Positions 56,879 to 64,000 of a stretch of DNA of 64,000 nt are shown here, piece by piece. The translations under genes and the position numbers were made by a program. Within the stretch, counting starts at the first letter, position 1; each line of letters begins with the position of its first letter. Source of the stretch: an uncultured Verrucomicrobiae bacterium (GTDB lineage: Bacteria; Verrucomicrobiota; Verrucomicrobiia; Chthoniobacterales; UBA10450); NCBI GenBank assembly GCA_963781735.1, contig CAWAHI010000021.1:33906-97905 (forward strand). The letters run 5' to 3'. Under the pieces are notes generated by a model. It was not told where the DNA came from. It made no database searches and saw only the letters and a list, made by a program, of their open reading frames with translations.

Positions 56879-57293
56879 CTTATATTAGTCGGTTCTTCTT
56901 CCATAATTATTCGCGATTCGGAGCTGATTTACTCCTGTGAAATGTGTAACGCTATTGTGTTTCGGAATTAAGAGGACACGGGTAAGAAGTTACTACGGCA
57001 ACGGAGTTCTTGGGCCGGCGTGCCTTGTAAGGGCCGGACGCCGGGACGGAAGCAAAGCAACGGGCGGGGGCCGAGCTGGACTGGCGTTTGCCCATGCTGC
57101 CACCGCCAAGAAATGCCGGCGCTCACAGACCGCCGCTACAGCGCTGTGTGCACCAATCATCGCCGCTTGACGGGTAAAGTCCTACACGGCGCGCATTTCC
57201 CGATGAAATTTTTTTGTTTCTGCTGGGAAAGCTTCCCTCCTTTTACGGGACCTGCTACGATACAAATGTCGGGTTCGGTCTTTCGCCTTAACT

Positions 57294-59352
57294 ATGAAAA
57301 CACAATCCAACTCTGGTTTTTCGCTTCCTCGCCTGGTGTTGATGCTTTCTCTTTTTTTGCACCGGCCTGATCATCGCGGTCTTCGCCTTCGTCGGCACTC
57401 CGCTTTCGGCCCAAGGACCCACTGACACCCAACAGACAAGCGGCCCGAAATCCGGACATTCTTATAAGAACGATGTTTCGCCTCCACTACGTGATCTGCC
57501 GCGCTGGCGCGAAGGCGAAGGCAAACCGGAACACGAAGCTAACGAGAACCCGAAGATTCCACATCGGCACCGAGACCAGGCCGACCCCGTCATTCAGAAT
57601 AAGCACGCGGTGGACGCTGCGGCCCCGAGCGCTCAGGTGCCCACGCCGTTGAATACTTTCGACGGCATCCCGTTCCCCGGCGTGGGTTGCAACTGCGCGC
57701 CTCCCGATACCAACGGTGCAGTCGGCAGGACGCAATACGTTCAGATTGTCAATGAAGGTTACCAAGTATTCGACAAAGCGACCGGCAACTCGGTCTTAGG
57801 CCCGAATAGTATTTCATCCATCTGGAGCGGTTTCGGTGGTGCCTGCGAAACCGGGGGCAACGGTGATCCGGTTGTTCTTTATGACCATCTGGCCGACCGC
57901 TGGGTCATTACCCAATTTGCCAGAGCAGGCGGCACCGGTCCGATCACGGATGAATGCGTGGCCGTTTCAACTACAGCGGATGCTACCGGCACTTACAATC
58001 GCTACGGATTCCATCTTGGCTCCAATTTCTTTGATTACCCGCATCTGAGTGTGTGGCCGGACGGCTACTACATGAGCATGAACGTGTTCAATTCCTCGGG
58101 CACTTCTTATCTTGGTCCGCAGCCGTTCGTTTTTGACCGTGCAAAAATGCTGCTAGGTCAGCCTGCTACTTTCGTCAGTCCGTTGGGACCCTTGGGTGGC
58201 TCGGTTGATCCATTTCTGCCGGCCGATCTCGACGGAGCTACCTTGCCGCCCAACGGCGCGCCCGCGACTTTTGTTGGTTTCCCGGGTCAGGCAATCAATC
58301 CGAACTACACGACCTATCACTTCCATGTCGACTTCAACACGCCGGCGAATTCCACCTTCACGACGTTTGCGACGCCGGCGGCAGCGGGGTATACCTCGCT
58401 TTGTCCCACCACGCGAGCCTGCGTCCCTCAGGTGGGAGTCACTTCGTCCAGTTACCTCGATGGGATCGGCGATCGTTTGATGTTCCGGCTCGCTTATCGC
58501 AACTTCGGCAACCACGAAGCGGTAGTCGGCAACTACACTGTCAACGCCAGTGGGGTTGCTGGGGTGCGCTGGTTTGAGCTGCGTAACGTTACTTTCGGAC
58601 CTGTTACTGTTTTTCAGGAGAGCACCTACCGGCCGGATACAACGTGGCGCTGGATGGGTAGCGCGGCCATGGACGGCCAGGGGAACATTGCCGTTGGGTT
58701 CAGCGCTTCCAGCTCTAGCTTGAATCCTCAGATTCGTTATGCCGCGAGGCTGGCAACTGATCCACTAAATGCGCTGTCTCAGGGTGAGGCGCATCTGTTT
58801 GATGGGACGGGTAGTCAGAGCGGGACTAGTAATCGCTGGGGCGACTACTCTGCTCTGGTGATTGATCCGGTAGACGATACTACTTTTTGGTACACCAACG
58901 AATACTACACCAACACCGGTTCGTTCAATTGGCGTACCAGGATCGGAAGTTTCAAAATAGCATCGGGAAATCCTACGCCAACACCGACTCCTACTCCGAC
59001 ACCAACACCCACTCCGACGCCAACGCCTACCCCGACACCAGCTCCGAATTACTCACTCTCGATTAGTCCTGCGTCGGTGACTATCAACAGTCGCAATGGG
59101 GGAACAGCGTCTTATACTGTCACAATTACGCGAACCAATGGATTCAACTCGCCGGTGACCTTGTCGATTAGTAGTCTGCCATCGGGAGCTAGCGCTAGCT
59201 TCAATCCCACCCCGGCGACGACCTCGTCTGCTCTGACTGTGCAGGTCGGAGCAAGTGTGGCGAAGGGCACCTACACTTTTACGGTGACGGGCACAGGTGG
59301 AAGTCCCACCATCACACACACAGCGCAGGCGAGATTCGTAAACAAACACTGA
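57294..59352 (+). CDS. secreted protein with a (PT)n linker and a C-terminal Ig-like domain; frame-disrupted within a T7 tract in the signal peptide as assembled
   Basis: ATG at 57294 gives MKTQSNSGFSLPRLVLMLSLF.... After the T run 57352-57358 the signal peptide continues in the frame of ORF 57610..59352 (...CTGLIIAVFAFVGTPLSAQGP...). That frame has no ATG/GTG/TTG between the in-frame stop at 57340-57342 and 57610. Length is 2059 nt (3n+1). Confidence 0.7.
58972..59046 (+). repeat. coding tandem repeat (CCN-ACN)n encoding a PT-rich linker of 25 residues
   Basis: Read directly: CCTACGCCAACACCGACTCCTACTCCGACACCAACACCCACTCCGACGCCAACGCCTACCCCGACACCAGCTCCG. Confidence 0.9.
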
Positions 59353-59489
59353 GGTTTCAGCACTGAATGACGAGTGCAGGCTAGCAGCCTGCGCTCCCTC
59401 GGAAAGGGATGCGGCCGACGCCGCGTCTGCATCGCTGTCGCGAAGGACTGCGGGCACGGCGGCTGCCGTTACAACGAAACGCTCCCGGA

Positions 59490-60041
59490 TCACTCGTTCA
59501 TTTCCTGGGTTTTTACGTAGAGCTGTTGCAGGAAATCGGCGAGGCCGCTCACGGCGAAGATGCTGGCCAAAATGCGACTGATCCGCGGAGCAAAGACATA
59601 GCCGTAAATGAAACCGGAGGCGATCCAGGTGCCGAGACAGAATGGACAGGTGAGCAGTTCGCCGATAGCGCGGCGTAATCCTCGGCCTTTGGCGCGTTCT
59701 TCCACTTCACCCGGGCCGCCTTTTCCTTCCACTTCGGTGAATGGCGCGCGAAACGCGCTCGTCACTTTGTCCTTGGTAATGACACGGCTCAATTTCTGGG
59801 TGGCGAGAGCAAACAAGGCAAGGTCTTTCGGTTCAACCCGTTCGGGTAATGGTTCACGCGAACATTTGCGGGCGAAAAGTGCGGTGGCGAGGAGGCCATT
59901 GAAAACGGCAACGAGCGCGGCATAATCGCGTGTTGAAATTTCGGCGCGCGATTGACGCCCGCGGCGATCTTGGTGTCGTCGTTCGGCTTGTCCTTGCTTG
60001 ACCAAGCCATCTCCGGAGGTTTTGCGATTCGTGTGCATCAT
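59490..60041 (-). CDS. DUF1360 domain-containing membrane protein
   Basis: ORF track 59490..60455. The Ser/Pro-rich extension looks non-coding, so I start at the internal MMHTNRK (60041). The C-terminal 'LTCPFCLGTWIASGFIYGYVFAP' is as in DUF1360. Confidence 0.7.
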   Translation of the reverse strand: MMHTNRKTSGDGLVKQGQAERRHQDRRGRQSRAEISTRDYAALVAVFNGLLATALFARKCSREPLPERVEPKDLALFALATQKLSRVITKDKVTSAFRAPFTEVEGKGGPGEVEERAKGRGLRRAIGELLTCPFCLGTWIASGFIYGYVFAPRISRILASIFAVSGLADFLQQLYVKTQEMNE

Positions 60042-60101
60042 CAGTATTTCCGATTCTGAACCCGTCAGCGGACGGGTCCGATGTTCGCTCCCCGAGATCG
60101 C

Positions 60102-60215
60102 GGCGACGGAAATCTCTATTCGCTGGACGCTAATTCGGGCGAGCTGCGTTGGAAATTCAAGACCGGCGACGTCGTGCACGCATCTCCTGCGATCGTGAAT
60201 GGAGTAGCCTTTGTC
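60102..60215 (+). pseudogene. isolated remnant of a PQQ-like beta-propeller repeat
   Basis: Within ORF 60081..60284. 'GDGNLYSLDANSGELRWKFKTGDVVHASPAIVNGVAFV' matches one PQQ-enzyme-repeat blade. No further blades, start or signal peptide. It lies in the pyrE-DUF1360 spacer. Confidence 0.35.
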
Positions 60216-60276
60216 CGACGATTGCGGGTTGCTCTGCCTTGTGTCCGTTGTGGACTTAGTGTGAGGTCGAACCGGT

Positions 60277-60873
60277 TCAGTTGAGATCGGCGCGGGTGAA
60301 AATGGAGACGACTTTGGGGCCGCGCTTTTCGATATTTTCGCGGCCGCCTTCCTGTCGGTCGACGAGGACGAGGACGAAAGCGACGTGGCCGCCGGCTTCT
60401 TCGATGGCGTCAATCGCCTGAATGGTGGAGCCGCCGGTGGTGATGACATCGTCAACGACGACGACTGAATCGCCGGACGAGAAATTTCCTTCGATCCGTT
60501 TTTGTCGGCCGTGTTCTTTCACGGCTTTGCGGACAGTAAAAACCTGGAGTGGAGTAGTAGTCGCAGCAGGATTTTCACGTTGCGAGGCAATGCCGATGCT
60601 AAGCGCGATCGGATCGGCGCCGAAGGTGAGGCCGCCGATGGCGTTGACCTTTTTGTTCAGCTCCGCGGCGGTTGTTTTCACCAGCGCCCAGCCGATCTCA
60701 CCGATAAGGCAGGCGCCGCGCGGATCGAGTGTGGTGACGCGGGCGTCGATGTAAAAGTCGCTCTTCGCGCCGGAGGCGAGCGTGAATTCGCCGTGGCAGA
60801 CGGATTTTTCCTGGAGCAGGGCGCGCAGTTGGTCTTTGGGGGAGGTTCCGGCGGTGTGTTGCATTCGTTCCAT
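60277..60873 (-). CDS. pyrE: orotate phosphoribosyltransferase
   Basis: ORF track 60277..60942, with the internal ATG MERMQHTAG... at 60873. 'GEFTLASGAKSDFYID' and PRPP-binding 'VVVVDDVITTGGS'. Confidence 0.9.
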   Translation of the reverse strand: MERMQHTAGTSPKDQLRALLQEKSVCHGEFTLASGAKSDFYIDARVTTLDPRGACLIGEIGWALVKTTAAELNKKVNAIGGLTFGADPIALSIGIASQRENPAATTTPLQVFTVRKAVKEHGRQKRIEGNFSSGDSVVVVDDVITTGGSTIQAIDAIEEAGGHVAFVLVLVDRQEGGRENIEKRGPKVVSIFTRADLN

Positions 60874-61056
60874 ATAATTAATTGCGAAGAGCAAAGGGCA
60901 AAGCGCAAAGGAAGGGAGAAGGCAGAATGGATGGGAAAGCAAACGTCCGTCGTGACTGTGTGGAGGAACTACAGAATTGCGACCGACACGGCCGCCGCTA
61001 CAAAAGAAAGAGGACGCGCGGAAGCGCGTCCCTCCAGAACAACGCGAGAGGCGTTG

Positions 61057-62036
61057 TCACTTCATCCGGTCGAATGTCTTTTGGAGAATCTCGATGTCGA
61101 CAGGATTCCCCATTTTTTCGCGAGTTTGGTCGATCCACTTTTTCTCGAGCGCGTTCTTGGTGGGACGATCGGTTTCGTAGAAGACGCCGAAGACGCCGGG
61201 GAACGGCAGCTGCGCCAGTTTGTAGGCGGCGAGCTCGTCGGTGACGTCGTGACGGAGTTCGTCCTCGGGAGTGTTGTCCCATTTCCTTTCCTGGATCAAC
61301 TCGAAGGCGCCGCCCTTGCGAGGGTTGGCCGGATCGAAGGCGCCGGGGAAAAATTCGACGCACTCACTCAAACATTCGATGACAGAAAAACCGGGATGAT
61401 CCATTGCGCGTTCGATCATCTGTATCATGTGATTGACCTGCGTGGCATGGGTCCGGGCGACAAAGGTGGCGCCGGATGCGATCAATTTTTTCATGGCGTT
61501 GACCGGCTGATCGATCGCGCCCTGCGGGTCGGTTTTGCTCTTGAACCCGATCGGCGATGTGGGCGACGTCTGTTTCTTCGTCAGGCCATAGACGAAGTTG
61601 TCCATGATGAAATAGGTGAGGTTAATGTTTTTGCGCGCGCCGTGATCGAGGTGATTCCCGCCGATGGAAAACCCATCGCCGTCGCCCCCGAAGAGAAAGA
61701 CGTGGAGATCGGGCCGGGCGAGGCTGATGCCGGTGGCGAGCGGGACGGCGCGGCCGTGAATGAAGTGGGCGCCGTGGCCGTTAACAAAATAAGGAAAACG
61801 CGATGAACAACCGATCCCGGCGAGAGTGACGATCTTTTCGTGATCGAGCTGGCGTTTCTCGAGGACTTTGTAGAACGAAGCCAGGACGGCGAAATCGCCG
61901 CAGCCTGGGCACCAGGTTGGGTGATCGGCGGTGATGGCTTTTTTGGTTAGCTTTTCCCGTGGTGGGTCCGTTGCCGGACTGGCGATTGTAGCGGCCGAAT
62001 AAGGAATTCCCGCACCTCGAATCTTGTTTCAGACAT
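61057..62036 (-). CDS. korB: 2-oxoacid:ferredoxin oxidoreductase beta subunit (KorB/OorB-like), frame-disrupted near the 5' end as assembled
   Basis: ORF track 61057..61605 is the C-terminal half. The same frame is open upstream to ~62025 and reads ...DHPTWCPGCGDFAVLASFYKVLE...GIGCSSRFPYF...FLFGGDGDGFSIGGNHL..., but contains no ATG/GTG/TTG. An ATG at 62036 (MSETRFEVREF) is in another frame. Length is 980 nt (3n+2). Confidence 0.8.
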
Positions 62037-62353
62037 ACAAATCGTTGGCCCTCACTGCCGCTTTGCGTGCTCTCTCCCAGGGAGAGAACGGGAGAAGGAG
62101 GACGAGGCATCGCCCGATCCGCATTGCGTAGCTGTCTCGCTGATTATAGGGAAATAATTAACACAATGAAGCGAAAAACGCGAGCGGTTATCTCGCGGAT
62201 TCGGCGTCTGATCGACGAAGACAGTCGGAATTGTAGTTTGTTTCGGCTGGCAGCCTGCACTCCCCAGAGGAAGAATGGAAGTTCGTCTAGGCGAGACGCC
62301 GAGAGTCCGAGCCGGACTGGCGTGGCACGCGGGACGCGCTCTACCCGGCGTGA

Positions 62354-64000
62354 TCAATCACAACGCAACATTTGCATTGGATCCAGGCGCGCGGCGCGCC
62401 GGGCTGGGATGAAAGTCGCAAACAATCCAGTCGCGATGAGCAGGGCCAGCGCGGAAACGAAAATCGCGAGGTCACTTGGGCGACATGGTGGAGCAAAGGA
62501 GTGAGTCCATAACCGCCAACAGAGCCAAGGGAAGGCCGATTGAGAGCTCAATAGCGAGAAGAAGAAGGCTTTTCCAGAAAACGAGGCGCACAATGGCAGC
62601 GCGTTGTGCGCCAAGGCAATGCGCATGGCCAGCTCGCGCCTCCGTTGCAAGAACACATTGAAATTACTCCGTAGACGCCGGTCGCACCGAGCGAGACCGC
62701 GATCACAGCGAAAAGACTGATGAGCACGGCGGCTAGACGATGAGAAGCTGCGGAATCAGCGACGACGCGATTCATCATGCGCACATTGGCTATCGGTTGA
62801 TCACGATCGATAGAGCGCAGCTGAGTGCGAATCGCGAGACCACCTCCGTGCCCAGCCCTTTTGTTTTCGCGACCATGGTCATGAGGCGGGAGGGGTTTCG
62901 GGCATGGGGAAAATAGAATTCGGGCGACGGCGGTTCCTTTAGCCCGCGGTGTTTGATATTCCCGACCACGCCCACACCTCCATCCACGGCGCGTCGGCAA
63001 GACCATTTAGCCTGACCCGTTTTCCGATGGGTTCCGTAGTCGGCCAATATTTCTGTGCAAACGCTTCATTCACGACGATGACTGGCGGCGCGTTCTGGCT
63101 ATCGGCTGCGGTAAAGTCACGGCCCTGCAAAAGTGGTATCTGCAAAACGCCGAAATAATTGGGAGTTACTACTCGGAACTCTTCGTCAGGGACGGAGGTA
63201 GAAACGGGCAGGCCTTCTACGGTGAAAGATCGGTCGTTGTTAATGCCGGTGAGAGGGAGCACCGAGGTAAAGGCTACTCCGGAGAGTTCAGGGCTGGTCG
63301 CGAGTCGCGCGGTCAGAGTCGAAAAGAATTCTGCCACGGAACGGGCGCTTGGATATTTGGCCGATGGCAACGATATCTCCATTGTCAGCACCGATTCGGA
63401 GTTGAATCCGATTGTGCCGTGATGAAGCTGAACGAAACTCTTTGTTAGCAAACCGGCGGACACAACTAAGACGAATGCCAGGATGATTTCTACAACAACC
63501 AAACCGTCGCGCAGCCCGCTCCAACTCCGGGGTGCTTTCGTATTGGACGCTGCGGAGGGTGATCTATTCCTTGGAAGGCTGCCAACGATTCGCCAGGCGG
63601 GGATTCCGCCAACGAGAACGCCCGTCACCAGGGAAAGAATGGCGATACAGAGTGGAATATCATGGTCGAGCCGCATCTCGCCGAGCAGCGGAATTCCGTG
63701 ACCAAAAAATGTTTACGACACAACCGGCGCGGTTGTCGCAATCAGCAGACCGACGGCGCCGCCGAGAAACGCCAGTAACGATCCTTCGGTAACGAGCTGT
63801 CGCCACAGGCGAGCCAGCGGTGCGCCGAGGGCGAGGCGCATAGTCAGCTCTCGTTCACGGGCATTTGCACGTGCGAGCAGCAGGGCGATCAAATTCGCGA
63901 TGGCGATGAGCAGGAGAAGACAAACTGCGATGGCGGAGACGAACAAGGCAGGCCAAACCCGAGCGACCATTTCACTGCGCAATGGATGAGCACTAAGATC
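62354..64000 (-). pseudogene. MacB/FtsX-family ABC transporter permease, partial (continues beyond the window), at least 3 frame disruptions as assembled
   Basis: Minus-strand ORFs 63713..63982 (FtsX TM region ...ARANARERELTMRLALGA...), 62939..63676 (second periplasmic domain ...PPVIVVNEAFAQKYWP...), 62548..63006 and 62354..62656 (ending ...IPARRAARLDPMQMLRCD*) are consecutive pieces of one permease in different frames. Confidence 0.75.

Noticed and set aside
59490-60455. N-terminal extensions of several track ORFs. Examples are 59490..60455, 31642..32841, 5163..5930, 11617..13746, 24832..26466, 6147..7433, 52593..53189, 35952..36461 and 60277..60942.
   Set aside because: The extensions overlap neighbouring genes or gene remnants, or they precede obvious native N-termini (signal peptides, conserved first motifs, or ATGA/GTGA coupling sites). 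I used internal starts instead.
60502-61806. A 434-aa plus-strand ORF, one of the longest in the track.
   Set aside because: It runs antisense through pyrE and the korB-like gene, both of which have unambiguous family motifs. Its product is Gly/Arg/Ala/Asp-rich with no recognisable motif, which is typical of a GC-rich shadow ORF.
16340-62030. Programmed ribosomal frameshifting as the explanation for the frame breaks.
   Set aside because: The break sites share no slippery heptamer or downstream structure. They hit unrelated gene families, and none of these families is known to use programmed frameshifting. The uniform +1 direction fits an artefact better.
1-64000. A mobile element, prophage, integron or defence island.
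   Set aside because: No transposase, integrase, recombinase, phage structural gene, restriction-modification gene, toxin-antitoxin pair or nuclease/helicase gene was recognised. The only repeats are short intergenic elements and the cyclase paralogues.

Overview
This is a 64-kb chromosomal window, moderately GC-rich (not computed), with no rRNA, tRNA, CRISPR array, transposase, integrase or phage gene that I can see. The gene content and the odd short-word intergenic repeats suggest a soil Verrucomicrobiota- or Acidobacteriota-like genome, but that guess is low confidence.

The core of the window (13.9-28.0 kb) is a respiratory complex I (NDH-1) gene set split into two divergent operons around an MFS transporter gene. 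nuoA-B-C-D-I lie on the minus strand and nuoH-J-K-L-M-M'-N on the plus strand. No nuoE, nuoF or nuoG is present in the window. There are two adjacent NuoM-type subunits and an over-long NuoL, so this looks like an N-module-less '2M'-type complex I.

The second notable region (37.9-45.8 kb) is a head-to-tail array on the minus strand. It holds three ~2.5-kb paralogues encoding a class III nucleotidyl cyclase, a TM segment, a TolB-N-like domain and TPR repeats, plus a C-terminal remnant of a fourth copy. All copies are heavily frame-disrupted.

The rest is ordinary housekeeping and accessory content:
- GYD protein, SAM methyltransferases, PAP2 phosphatase, 7Fe ferredoxin, HAD hydrolase, DUF4286 plus a membrane desaturase, and an FGE-like protein.
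- A MoxR-DUF58-transglutaminase triad.
- Deoxyhypusine-synthase-like protein, SMUG1-type UDG, and a LipJ-like hydrolase-cyclase fusion.
- MDR oxidoreductase, alpha/beta hydrolase, an Asp/Glu-racemase-fold protein lacking both catalytic Cys, and an ICMT-type methyltransferase.
- DAACS symporter, thrC, CAX exchanger, three secreted DUF4440 proteins, ArsR-type regulator, cupredoxin membrane protein, DUF4142, and a PG-binding protein.
- A PT-linker secreted protein, DUF1360, pyrE, an orphan korB-like gene, and a MacB/FtsX permease running off the right edge.

Two window-wide properties matter for interpretation.
1. Many otherwise well-conserved genes carry single-nucleotide frame disruptions, almost all of them apparent +1 insertions. 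These may be assembly errors rather than biology.
2. Intergenic spacers are built from several families of short 'word' repeats and palindromic elements, some sitting inside the nuo operons.

I did not find a convincing defence system or other clearly new multi-gene system. The most interesting items are the complex I architecture and the decaying cyclase-TPR array.
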